Source: Hyaloraphidium curvatum SAG 235-1 (taxonomy: Eukaryota > Fungi > Monoblepharomycota). Taken from it: a stretch of DNA of 64,000 nucleotides. The notes beneath the pieces were generated by a model. That model saw only the letters and a program-made list of their open reading frames with translations, did no database searches and was not told the DNA's origin. The DNA is taken from the NCBI GenBank assembly GCA_025558095.1, contig JAIVFI010000021.1, positions 620,001-684,000 of the forward strand, read 5' to 3'. A program made the position numbers and the translations under genes. Below are positions 1 to 11,114 of the stretch, piece after piece. The first letter of the stretch is position 1. Every line of letters begins with the position of its first letter.

Positions 1-378
1 AACCCGATCCGACCAAGCACGTTGGTGTTTGTGGTCGTACGAGACTCGGGTGGTCTTGAAGCGTTCCGCAGCTCATACGGACCGTCATCGAGCAAGCGCA
101 CCTGTGCCCTTTGCCCTTGGAAGTGAGGCCAGTGCTTTGGGACCATGATTCGGCCATGCGCTTGTATCCTGCGCCACATGCTGTAGGTCGCCAGCCAGTC
201 TGCCCGCGGCAGATGCTTGACTCCTTGGCAGCTGATCCTCGCGGACCGGTTCGATCAATACGTGCGAGATTACATGGACTGCAAGTGTGCGAACCCCGGC
301 TCCTTCCCGAATTCCGACTGGACATTCCTGGTGTACCAAGCCGCGACGCGCGAATATCAGGTCAGCAAGGTACCGTAG
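1..378 (+). CDS. DPB2: DNA polymerase epsilon subunit B, 3' exons (gene truncated by window start)
   Basis: Spliced reading [28 protein letters not shown]|[10 protein letters not shown]...[19 protein letters not shown]...* matches the POLE2/Dpb2 C-terminus. Confidence 0.88.
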
Positions 379-533
379 GTCTTCCCCATGTACAAGCTTC
401 TGCTGGACAAAAGAGCACAAAGGCAGGCTTCGTCCGAAAGACTCATCGAACCTCGTTGGCGTGCCCTACGAAGAGTTGTCAGGCAGCTGGCCATATTTTG
501 CGGCCACACGGACCCACGCTCTGGGCATTCGTG

Positions 534-1075
534 TCACTCGAGGTTGCCGTCGTCGCCCGCTTTGTCAAAGCTCTCCACAAGATCCGGCACATCGTCGTCG
601 TCCTCCCCGTTCTCCTTTCCGGATGCGCCCATTTGCTGGCTTTGGTAATTCTCCGCTAGCCGCCGCAGGCTCGACAGCGAGTCCGGTCCCAGTTGGTTCA
701 GGATGCCGGGGACGAGTTCCGTAAGCTCCTTCGTCTCGCCCTGACCCGAAACCACGAAGGTGTTGGCCTGGATGGACGCCTGAACTGCAACCCGCGACGC
801 GGCCGGTCAACGCGCGTCAGCACCGGCCGCGCATACGCCACGCGCCGGAGCGCACCTTTCGGAGCCGTGAAGTGGATGACGTTGCCATCGGACTTGAACA
901 TGTTGACCTCCTCGATGCCGGCGATGGGCTGGACGCCCAGCTTCTTGAGCGTGCTCTGGAGCTTCTTGTCGTCGGTGCCAGTGGACTTGTGCACCTTCTT
1001 CGCTTTCCGCCGCGGCGTGCCTTTGCCGCCGGTCCGCACCGACGATGCGAGCTTCGCGAGCTTTTCGGGATTCAT
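534..1075 (-). CDS. EGD1: Nascent polypeptide-associated complex beta subunit (BTF3), one intron
   Basis: MNPEKLAKL...[12 protein letters not shown]...[35 protein letters not shown]; C-terminus [15 protein letters not shown]...[12 protein letters not shown]. Confidence 0.96.
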
Positions 1076-1547
1076 CGTGCGGATGCCGGGGGGGGGGCGG
1101 GAGACGGTTGTGCGTGGTTCCGTGGGTTGATCAAACCTATGGGGTTCTGACCCAACTTCAAGGCGGCCTCTTGAGGCTCACTCGGAAAACGTCTCCGAAC
1201 CTTGCCAAAGTTAGCTAGCCCGTCGCACAGCTCGGCGTGGCGAAACCGGCCGTGATCGATGGCGCGCGCACCCCCCGTGGAAGGATCAGACGGTAAGGAA
1301 TGGGACGTGGGGAGTTTGATGGCACGGTACACGGCTCGCCTTCGCGCACGAATTCAAATCGCACGGGCTATCGGCAACGATATTCTGTTTCAGGCTTTGC
1401 GCGCGGGCAAGCCCTGGCTACGGCGGCGGTAGAGGTCTTTGATTTTACAATTTGCATGTGAGCCCAACACGACAGAGTCTGAATCCCTAGTAAAGCGTCC
1501 ACCGCCGGCGTGCAAATGCAATCATCGTTCCTGCCGAAACGACACAA

Positions 1548-4200
1548 TCAGGATCGTGCGGCGGGCAGCGAGCGACGAGGAATCATCCTGAGCTGCGGCG
1601 AGGAGTTCTCGTCGGCGGACAGGCTCCGCTTGACCGCGGGGGCGAAACCAGAAGGAACAGAGCTGCTCGAGCCCGCGCCAGAAAACATGGCACGAAGGCT
1701 CGATTCGTCCAGCTTCATGTGGGCGATCGTTCTGGGTGCCTGCTTCTTTGCCAAAGACGCTGCGGCCTTGCCGGACGGCTTCCTCAACGACTTGCCGAAC
1801 GAGGCGGAACCCATCGCGGGGAGGAAGGCAGCGAGTTCCGCGAGCGTAGGCTGGGCCTGGCTCAAGGAGAGAGCGACCAAAGGCGGCGACGGGGCGGTGG
1901 CGAGGGCGACGGTCGGGGGGACGACCGTTGACGGCGTCGGGTTCCAGGCGAGGGCGACAGGAGGCGGTACCTGGGCCGAGGGGAGGGAGGCCGGGGGAGC
2001 GACCCGGGGCACCGTCGGGTTCGACAAGAGGGCGGCTGCGGGCGTAACCGCGAAGGGCCTCGGTTTCGAGAGGAAGGGGGATGGCGCCGAGCGGAGCTTC
2101 GACGGCGCACGCGACCTTGGCGCTGACGACGCACGCGATCGGGGCGCTGCAGGCTTCCAGGATGGCGCCGGGGTTTGGGGAGCGGCCGGAAGCGCCAGAG
2201 CTGCGGGGGCGGTGGGGAGCGCGGAAGGGAGCGCCGAAGGCTGGGGAGCGGCGGGAAGCGCCGGGGAAGCACGAAGCGCCGGGATCGGGTTTAGGTGCTC
2301 AATCTCCATGGGAGACCAAGCCTCCGTGGCCCCTCCCGCCATCCTCCTCTCCGCTTCGAGGTCCTTGGCAAGCTGCCTTTTGCTCTCCTGCGTGCACTTT
2401 CCCGCGTCGATCATCTTCTTGAGGCGCGTCATGAACTCCTCGTCCTCGATCCTGCTCATAGTTGTGTCATCGCTGCACACGATGTACGCCGCATCCACGT
2501 CCATCGAGGTGATGGTCGCCATGGCGTTGTGGGGATCACTTTGCACGTAGACCCAGAAGCTTGTCTGGGAAGCAACGGTTGCGAAAGGATCGTGGGAGGC
2601 ATGGCTCGGCTTGCGCGCGGCGAAGAAGCCTTGGAAAAGCAATAGATGCTCCAAGAAGGCGTCGGGATCGGCACGGAGGAACGAGACCGGCGAGCCGTCG
2701 AGCACCTTGTGCACGTTGGCCGCCCCGACGAACGCCTTGAGCTTGTTCAGCTCGCGCCAGCACGCCTCGCTGTCGGCGCGGAGCGACGCAAAGAGGCCGT
2801 TGCAGCACGCCTTGTGCAGATTGGCCGCCCCGACGAACGCCTTGAGCTTGTTCAGCTCCCGCCAGCACGACTCGCTGTCCGCGTGCAAGAAGGAGTACAT
2901 GGAGTCCGGCGCCTTGGGCAGACTGTCCCCGAAGAACGCAAGCAGCTTTGTGAATTCCGCAAGTCCGTTGGCACTCGAAGCAAGGTGAACCGCGGCGTTG
3001 AGGCAGAAGATCTTGTAGGCCCACTGCCGCCCCAGAAGCTTCACCTCCGCGACCAGCCTTTCAACGACTTCGTCGTCGTCGAGTCGCGCGAGGCGGATGT
3101 GGCGAATGTCCTCGTCCCACCACCCCGCCGGGACACCCATGGCAGCTTGGAGCTTGGTCGTCCCCTTGGCGTGCCGGACGCTGATCTCGCTCAGTCCTTG
3201 CGCGAAGACGTCGCCTTTGAGCGCCAGCGGACCGTCAGCTCCGTGTTCCCTTCGAAAGAGACGATTAGCGACAACAAGCTGACGGTCGTAGCCAGCTCAC
3301 TTCATGAGCCGCAAGCGGAGAATTGTTTCCCGGAACTCCTTCACCGCCGTCCCTTCCCAACCGCTGGTGAGGTGGGCCGACAGATGATTGCGGCCACCCA
3401 GCATCGCCGTCTGCCTCGTTGGCTGCGCCTGACGTCCGAGAGGTCCCGCCACTTGAAAGATTCCGATGCCGAGTCCAGTCAAGGACGCGTCCGGGTGCGG
3501 GAGGCACGAGGCACGAGGGTGACGATGGACGGCTTCCTTGAACACTGGCGCAAGCTCTTGACCCATCTGGAAAAAGATTCGAATCCTGCATATTGTGCAC
3601 AAGGGGGAAAAGGAGGAAAAGAAGAAGGAGGAGGCGAAGGGTCGTCAAGCAACGATCATAAGGGAGGGCGATCAGCTAGCTCACTCCGGGTGCTTGTCCA
3701 TGATCCTCAGGATCTCGTTTAGCCAAATCATGCCGATCGCGTTTTCGCCATCTTTCTCGAAAGAACGCATGGCGTACTTGAAGGCCTCCTGCCGCTTGAA
3801 GGTCTTGGCGGCACCGAGGGGCGTGATGCAGAAGAGGTCTATGATGTGCAGGGGGAAGCCGAGGAGGTGCTCGGCCTCCACGACCGTTTTGCTTCCGCGC
3901 AGGTCATGGGGTCCCCGCGCGTTGCCGTGCGGGAACTCGCCGGCGATCAGGCAGGGGATCTCGGCTGGCTCGGCGAAAGGACAGATCGTGCCGCCGTCAG
4001 GGCAGAAGCTTCGGAGCGCGGCGCCGTGATAGAGCTCCTGAAGCTCTCCGTAGCTTGCTTCCGGGTCCGGAGGGGCGCCGATGCGAGCGCGCTTCGGCGG
4101 GTGCGCCTGGCGCGGGGCCGCGGCACCGGGATCAGGAGGACGCTCGTGCGCTGCGCGTGGCCCGCGCAGCTCACCATGGTGACCATGCGATCTACAACAG
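1548..4200 (-). CDS. Orphan multi-exon protein: putative UDG-like N-terminal domain, 35-aa helical repeats, Pro/Ala-rich tail (start uncertain)
   Basis: ORFs 3681-4355, 3297-3602 and 1548-3140 join through GT-AG introns (~3590-3685, ~3250-3300). Motifs CLIAGEFPHG, IIDLFCITP, IRIFFQMGQ, LPHP; 105-nt repeat at 2712-2885. Confidence 0.6.
2712..2885 (-). repeat. Intragenic tandem repeat, 105-nt (35-aa) period
   Basis: ADSESCWRELNKLKAFVGAANLHK / ADSEACWRELNKLKAFVGAANVHK, near-identical at DNA level. Confidence 0.9.
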
Positions 4201-4969
4201 TGGCCGCGCGGACTGGCAGTGCGGCCGGACGGCGTGCGCGGTCGAGATGCGTGTGCGTTGGTGATTTGGAGCGCGGCTTTCCCACCCAGCGAGAAAAGAA
4301 AGGGAAAAGCTGCTCCGCAACCAGACGTCCATTCCCTCGACCAGCGAATCACCAATCACCCGTGGAAAGCAGTAGAAGAAAGATCGAAACCGAATGAGCG
4401 TTCCACCGTGGCCGCTTGCGGGGAACGGACATGTTCACAGATCTCGCGCAACAACTGTCGTTGACACGCAACGATCAGCTTCGGCGGCACTGCATCAAGG
4501 TGTATAACCAAGGCACCAGATCCAGTTCGGCATTTATCAAGGTGGCTACAGCGCGAGGAAGTGATCTCTACATCGCGGAGGTGTGCCTCCCGGATGGGCA
4601 CCCCTGCAACTGCTTTGGGCGCGCCTGTTGACGCGACCACGACCGACGACCAAACTACTCTCCGGCCGTTCGTAGCCCCCGCGCAACTCTTCGTGGCCGC
4701 TCCCGCCATTCAATCTTGGAACATTCCTTCGCTGCTTGCGGCGCCCAGACAGGGCAACGAGGCCTGCGGGCAGTCCTGACCGGGAGAGCGCTCGACCCCC
4801 GGTGCGCGGGTCGACGGCGCACGGGACGGCTTCCCTTTAGCCAGCCACTGCTCGCCCTGCCCTCAAACGGTCCGACATGTTGGGCGCGCGCTGCTCGCAC
4901 CGTGCCTATGCGCTACATGCCACGCCGTCGTGCAAGGCCGCGCTTATCGATTCCACGATCTCTGACCGT

Positions 4970-5659
4970 ATGAGTACGCCGCTTGGGCGTGGCAAATCCG
5001 AACCGCATGGCAATCTTTTGCCGGGCGCACTGTATCTGACACCCCCGGACACGCCGTTGGCGACGCCGGACGCATGCGCAAAGGGCAGTGGGTTCGAGAA
5101 GTTGCATCTGGAGCCACCTCTGCACGGGACTGTCAGAACTATCAGCGACACCGGGATCCCACTTTCGCCTAGCCTGGCACTCTTCGAGCCGGCTCGGCTC
5201 TCCGGGGATGGCAGTTGTGGCCGCAGCACGGACGAACCGCAATCCCGCACACCCGCCAACTTCGATATCGCAGACGAGGAAGACGGCGATCTTTTTGACT
5301 ACATGTCTGGTTCGAAGACGAAAGATTGTGAGGGACACGGATCTGCGGGGTTCGTGCTCAGGCCAAAAGCTCCGGATGCAGACGACATGCTACGCGGCTT
5401 CCGGAGGCCGGATGCTGGCGAGAATCTCTTTCTTGCACGGCTCTCTCAGATCACCCTGATCTCAACGGGCATTGGACACTCTCCGTCATTCACGGACAGC
5501 GTGCCCATCGAATGCGTCAAGCCCGCGTGCTACCGACCCGGCCATCTTCATCATAGGATAGGGCCTTCTTTGGAACTGATTGACGCGACGGAGGACGATT
5601 CTGTAGCTGAAAACCTGCTTCTTGACGAGCCGCGCGTGTCGCAGCAGGTGCGCTGGTGA
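4970..5659 (+). CDS. Hypothetical low-complexity protein
   Basis: Open frame of ~230 codons from MSTPLGRG, containing LTPPDTP; no recognised family. Confidence 0.45.
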   Translation: MSTPLGRGKSEPHGNLLPGALYLTPPDTPLATPDACAKGSGFEKLHLEPPLHGTVRTISDTGIPLSPSLALFEPARLSGDGSCGRSTDEPQSRTPANFDIADEEDGDLFDYMSGSKTKDCEGHGSAGFVLRPKAPDADDMLRGFRRPDAGENLFLARLSQITLISTGIGHSPSFTDSVPIECVKPACYRPGHLHHRIGPSLELIDATEDDSVAENLLLDEPRVSQQVRW

Positions 5660-5752
5660 GGGAGCAGAGGAGTGGCGCGCGCGGTGCAAAATGTCAGAGG
5701 CACGGCATGGTTTGGATTTTACAGACAATGGCCGACAGTAGAAAGGTTGTGC

Positions 5753-6809
5753 TTAGTATTCACAAATCGGAGCTGAAATCGCACAGTTGGACCGCAGTCG
5801 TCGTGTCGGATGCAGCAGAACCCACCTCCGACTTCAACGATGGGCGGAATATTGCATTTCAGATCGAAGGCCTTGGCCAGCACGATCTTGAATACTGGGA
5901 ATCTCGGGCCATTAGACGGCGAATGATTAGCAGAGGGTTGCCGGTCCCACTCTTTTGCACATTGATTGAGTGAGAAGTGGAACAGAAGACGAGTGGAGCC
6001 TTCATGGCTTTAGAGAATCTTCGCGCCTGAGAACAGGAGATGAGAAGAACGAACTCCAAAGATCACTTGTCTAGACCTGTTTCGTCACCTCGTCTTGCTC
6101 CTCCCGTGAGAACGTTGCGAAATGATCGTATTTGGTTCCAATCAAAAAAGGGATGGCGAACTGGCAAAGAGCCACTAACGTCAGACGTTGGCGGCTTTGG
6201 GCGTGGCGCGGTCTACCTTGTTGAAGCCGCGGGCTTGCCTGTACCACTCCTTGATCGAATTCAAAGTAGACTTGCGCGTGAGGTCGAACATGAACAGGAT
6301 CGCGACGGCATCGTTGCACACGAGCGGCAGCATGTTGACGAATTCCTTCTGGCCTGGAGACGGTTTGGGGAAGCAGATAGCTACATTGGGCGCGCCGAGA
6401 TCCGGCGAGCGCAGCGGAGCGCACCTCCCAAATCCCAAATGGAGAAGGTGACGTCTGTGTTCCGTATGGCGACGGTCTTTTCCATGAAATTCACGCCTTC
6501 GCAAACTCGGTTTGAGCGCCGTCCGTTGTGACCCGTGGGATGGAGCCCTACCCAATGTCTGTATGTAGTCCTCGTCGAAAGAGCCCTCGACGTACTTGAC
6601 CATCAAGGACGTTTTGCCGATTTGCGAATCGCCAACCATTCCAACCTTGATGACCACGCTGGCGGCGAGGTGGAGCACCAAGCGCCTGGTTGAGCCCGGG
6701 TAACTTAAGAGACCCGCGAGCCCCACCTGTTCTTCCGGGCTTCCCCTGGTTGCTGCGAAGGCGGCCCAGCCTCCGAGCCTCCCGAAGGCGGCGCCACAGC
6801 GTCGTGCAT
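5753..6809 (-). CDS. TEM1: Septum-promoting / mitotic-exit small GTPase (Spg1/Tem1), multi-exon
   Basis: SVVIKVGMVGDSQIGKTSLMVKYVEGSFDEDYIQTLG, GQKEFVNMLPLVCNDAVAILFMFDLTRKSTLNSIKEWYRQARGFNK, IGTKYD, KIVLAKAFDLKC. Confidence 0.95.
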
Positions 6810-7032
6810 CGGAAAAGGTCCGCAACAACGCCAGAGCGCGTGGGATTCGGGGGGCCTATTTGTCTTCGAGAGGGCTGCGCTGTGTCACGTGACTAGAGCA
6901 TAATAACTTTCCCTCGAATTCGAAATCACAACTACGGCGACTGTACTCTCGCGACTGTATTCTCTCTATAGCAGCTTCGAGAAGCGTGGTGTTTGCCGCG
7001 GGTTCTTGGGCGTGTAGCCCAGGACAGGAGCC

Positions 7033-9125
7033 ATGGTACGCGTGCCGTCGAGCAACTTGGCCCCGCTGAACGCCGCGCGCACCTGCATTTAGTTCTTCTC
7101 GGAGAGCATTCTTTCCAAGAAAGGGTCCCTCGCTCGCATTTGGCTCGCCGCTCACTGGGAGCGCAAGCTCAGCAAAGCGCAATTTCTGCAGACCAACATC
7201 CAGCAGTCTGTCGGGGCTATCGTCCACAATGAGCAGCCCATGGCATTGAGATTGACCGGACAACTGCTGCTCGGGGTGGTCAAAATTTACTCCAGGAAGG
7301 CGAGGTATTTGCTGGAGGACTGCAACGAGGCGTTGATGAAGATCAAGCTGGTAGGCCGCGCCTTCTTGATCTCCTGGCGATACTTCTACCTGCCTCGCAG
7401 GCTTTCCGACCAGGCGCGGTGGATCTTCCTGAGGAGCAGGCGACGGCAGCCTACCGGGCCATCACGCTGCCCGATGTGATCACCGAGTTCGAAATCCTGC
7501 TTCCCGAGCCCGGATTTCAACTGCACAAGTAAGGATCACGCTTTACTGCTTTTCGCGCACCTAAGCCTTGCACATTTCTTCGACTCAAGCTTTCGTGAGC
7601 GGTCTAGCCAGCTCTCATCGCAGACCCTGTCCCGTAAGGAGGACATTACCATAACGGAATCTCCCCTGCGGCTTTCCCAACCCCTGGTCATCGAAGAGCC
7701 CGACATTCTCGCGCAACCCCTCATCGATGACGGCGCTGGCGACGAGTGGCGATTCGACTTGGCCGATCTAGAGGCTTTGCCGAAACGTCCACGGCTCGCA
7801 GCGGACGAAGACTCGATGGAGATTGAAGTCGGGAGGCGCGGCCCTGCAAATGATGATTCGTTTGCGGACAACTTTGGTTTTGGCGAGATGGACAGCTTTC
7901 TCGATGCCCATGCCAAGGGTTCCGCAGCAGAGGGTCAAAGTGACATTCTGGACCCGGCCCTTATGGTGGTCGAAGCGCCCAATCACATTGAGGGAGACCG
8001 TGTTTGGGACATGGCGGAACCAATCCTTTTGGCCCCTGCCTTTGCGGATGACGCTTTCCGGATCCCGCCCTCAGGCCGGTGTTGGATGGGCGAAGCTGAG
8101 TTATGCGCTGACTCGGCTCCCTCAGATGTCAACCAAGAAGGCGATGATGGAGCCTACCTGTTCCCGAGCCCGAATGTCAAGGCAAAGAAAGCGAAGCAGG
8201 GTGTCCAGCCGCGGAAGAGAAAGCTCCACTTCGATAGCCACTTGGAAATCCCGTCGCGGCAGATACAAAGCCAGCTCCAGGATTCGCACGGCATTGTGCT
8301 TGATGCGGTAAGTTTGCGGAGGGCTCCGTGTCCTCACTGACCATCGTTATCCGTCACCGTAGGACCCATATCTTCCTCGCTTTGCAACAACGATCCGTTT
8401 GCGCGAACGAGAATCGCTCGGCGTTCAGCATTTTTCTACAGCAGCATGCTTTGGAACTGTTCGCGGGGACCTTTGGGCTCTTGTGGTGGCGGAGCCACGT
8501 GTCCAGCAGCGGCCGAACTCGACGAAGCCCAGTGCCGATTGGGAAGCATTCGGCTATGCAGAAGGTGCTGGCGTTTATGTGCTGCGTCTAGCTTTGCTGA
8601 AACCACCCCGCCGTCGGTTACAGGTCCGATCTCTCCCCACGACCATGTCCGTGCCTCGGAGATGGAGCCCGGACCTGCATATGATGCAGATGGGCCTTTC
8701 GATCTCACAATTGATTATCAGCCAGGCGACGTCAACGAGATGGCGATGCCAGCTACTCCTGCTGGCCACGCAGCAGTTCATCCGACGACGCCGTTCGTTC
8801 TTGACGCGGTCAGCGTGCCGTCGGCCGACGATCAGGCTCACAGGAAGGCGGCCGACCCGGCACCAACAACGGATGCACTCATGGGGATGATTCGTGCCGT
8901 CAATGGCATGCGGGTGAACTTCGGCGACCTGACAATCAAGGCATGGTCTTGATGCAAAAGGCCCAGCATCGCGGACTAAATGGCCGCCCTCTCTAGGCAA
9001 AGCGGGAAGATGTTGTGAAGCTTTTCTTCGAGATTTTGCTCTTGAAAACAGCAAACAAGATTCAAGTTGAACAGACAGAGCCTTTTGGACCCATCACGAT
9101 TGTGCAAATGCGGGGAAGTCACTAA
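7033..9125 (+). CDS. RAD21: Cohesin kleisin Rad21/Scc1, multi-exon; ATG-only first exon, last intron GC-AG
   Basis: M|FFSESILSKKGPLARIWLAAHWERKLSKAQFLQTNI...MALRLTGQLLLGVVKIYSRKARYLLEDCNEALMKIK; C-terminal winged helix KLFFEILLLKT...VEQTEPFGPI. Confidence 0.95.
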
Positions 9126-9130
9126 TTTCA

Positions 9131-10107
9131 TTATCTTTTCTTCTTCACTGCCGAAGTGGCCACCGCTTTCTTCCTTTTCTCGTTCTCTTCGGCCGCCAGC
9201 AGTTCCTTCATCGCTTTGTCCGCAATACGCTGCTTCTGCGCCAGATCCTCCTCTTTGGAGAGCGTCCTCGACTTGTCCCTGGTATCGCTCTGCATACTCG
9301 GCGCTGCTGCGTGTCCCGAAGTTTGCGCTACTGGTTGCTGGTGCATTACCCTCTGCCTCTCGTGCCTAGGGGTCTCGTGAGGAAGATCGCAACCGAATGA
9401 AACGCAACTAAACTGACCGCAATAGCTTTGCTGCCTCTTCCATGATGGTGCGGCTCCATCCGTCCTTTGGAAGCGACACGCAGAATCGTGGCATCAGCCG
9501 CATACTAGCGCAGCGGGCGATCCCACCAACTTTATATGACTCGGCCTCATTGATGACTTCCAGGATCTCCTCGTTCAGCTGCAGCTCCGTCCTTTGCAGC
9601 TTCTCCCACAAATCCTCCCCTATTGCACCCTCCTTGATCAACTGCTGAAGAGAATTACGCTCCTGGTGAGGAGGTGGCCGGTCGGTAGTCACGTCTGCGC
9701 TGGAGCGCTGTTCCGTCGCACCTCCGTAATCTGCTGCGCATGCTGTCCACCAAGTGGGTCAACGGCCGGTCCAGCCAGCGGTAGCACGGGCCCGCACCTC
9801 GATGTCCACCATCGCACGCTTCAGAAGGGCCGCCATCATCTGCTTCTTCACGGCCGGGTCCAACTCCGCTTCAGGATGTTGCTCCACCAGAGCAAAGTAG
9901 GCGAGCTTCGCCTCATTCTCCGGCAACCAGGATTCCTCGGCCGAACCTAGTGCGCGGTTGGCCCGGGAAGCACGCGGAGCGGGCCGCCGACGTACGCGCT
10001 GTCGCGAGACGGTCCCGTCGCCAGGTGTTCCAACGGACAATGAAGAAGAAGAAGAAAATCCAGGCAGCGAGAAAGAGCCCGACGAGCAGGTTTTGGAGGG
10101 ATGACAT
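9131..10107 (-). CDS. SEC66: Sec63-complex subunit Sec66/Sec71, multi-exon
   Basis: N-terminal TM segment, then WLPENEAKLAY...AALLKRA...ERNSLQQLIKEGAIGEDLW...EVINEAESYK...GWSRTIMEEA. Confidence 0.8.
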
Positions 10108-11114
10108 TGCTAGGGAGGGGATGTGTTTGTGCTGCCATAGTGCGGCTAAGAAACCCGCACTCCGCAGGTTCGACGCCGCTACTAGTTCTCTGGCTACTGT
10201 CCTCAACAACTTGCTACCCGATATCCCTTCCCTGCCCACGAATTCTCCAGATCAATCTGCAAGGGAACGTTGGCCGGCACGATCGCAGGCGTATGCAGGC
10301 TAACCCACACGTTGTTCCACCACATTGCAACGATGGAGATCCATGGGCGGCGGGCAGGATAATGCACATGCAGGTAGGCTTGGTTGAGCTCCGAACTCCA
10401 CAGTCGCGCGCAATGCCGAGGGGCGCAAAAGAATGCACTTGGAGTCCAGCTCGAGTCGATCGGCGGTCTCCGGCCCTCGGCGCCGCGCGGCGCCCGTGCG
10501 CTCGTCGCCCGTCAGTCGTTGTAACCGGAAACAGAGGGAAAGAAGCGACAAAATGAAGATAAGATGGCTGCTGAACCGTCAGGTCGGTGTGTCGTTCCGG
10601 CGCGTCTGCGAGACCTACTTCTCTCGACGAGCCGAGAACACGGCCGTTGTGGATAAGGCCCCTGCGCGTGACTGCAGCGGCACTGCCGAAAGAGAGGAAA
10701 TGCCGCAGTGAGAAGACGACGGGGGCAGGGCGCAGGCGGCGCTCGCGCTCTCACCAGGACGGCGCCCCCAACAGCGAGAGCGCGACCGGGAAGCCCTTCT
10801 TGCGCTTCTTGCGGGCCCTCATGGCTCTATGCTGGTGAGCGCACGGGGCAGGAGACGTTTGGTGATGATGCGGGAGCCTATTCACCCTGCCTTTGGTAGT
10901 TTTCGCGGACGCCACGTAAGCGGGTGCCACGTGTGCGCGGCCGCAAAGCCTGCGGACACAATCAAGACGTGAAGATGGTGGAGCAATATAGAGGCTGTAA
11001 TGCCGAGTTAGCGACTGAGAGAACGAGGATTTCAGCTCTCGCGTGGGACGGCTTAGAGAGTGCGGGTCTCTAATAACGGCGCGCGCGCGTTACAACTCAT
11101 CGGTTCTGGGGTCA

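Noticed and set aside
1510-3722. Long plus-strand ORFs (346 and 358 aa) and similar shadow ORFs at 37.4-39.8 kb
   Set aside because: Antisense or off-frame shadows of GC-rich coding genes.
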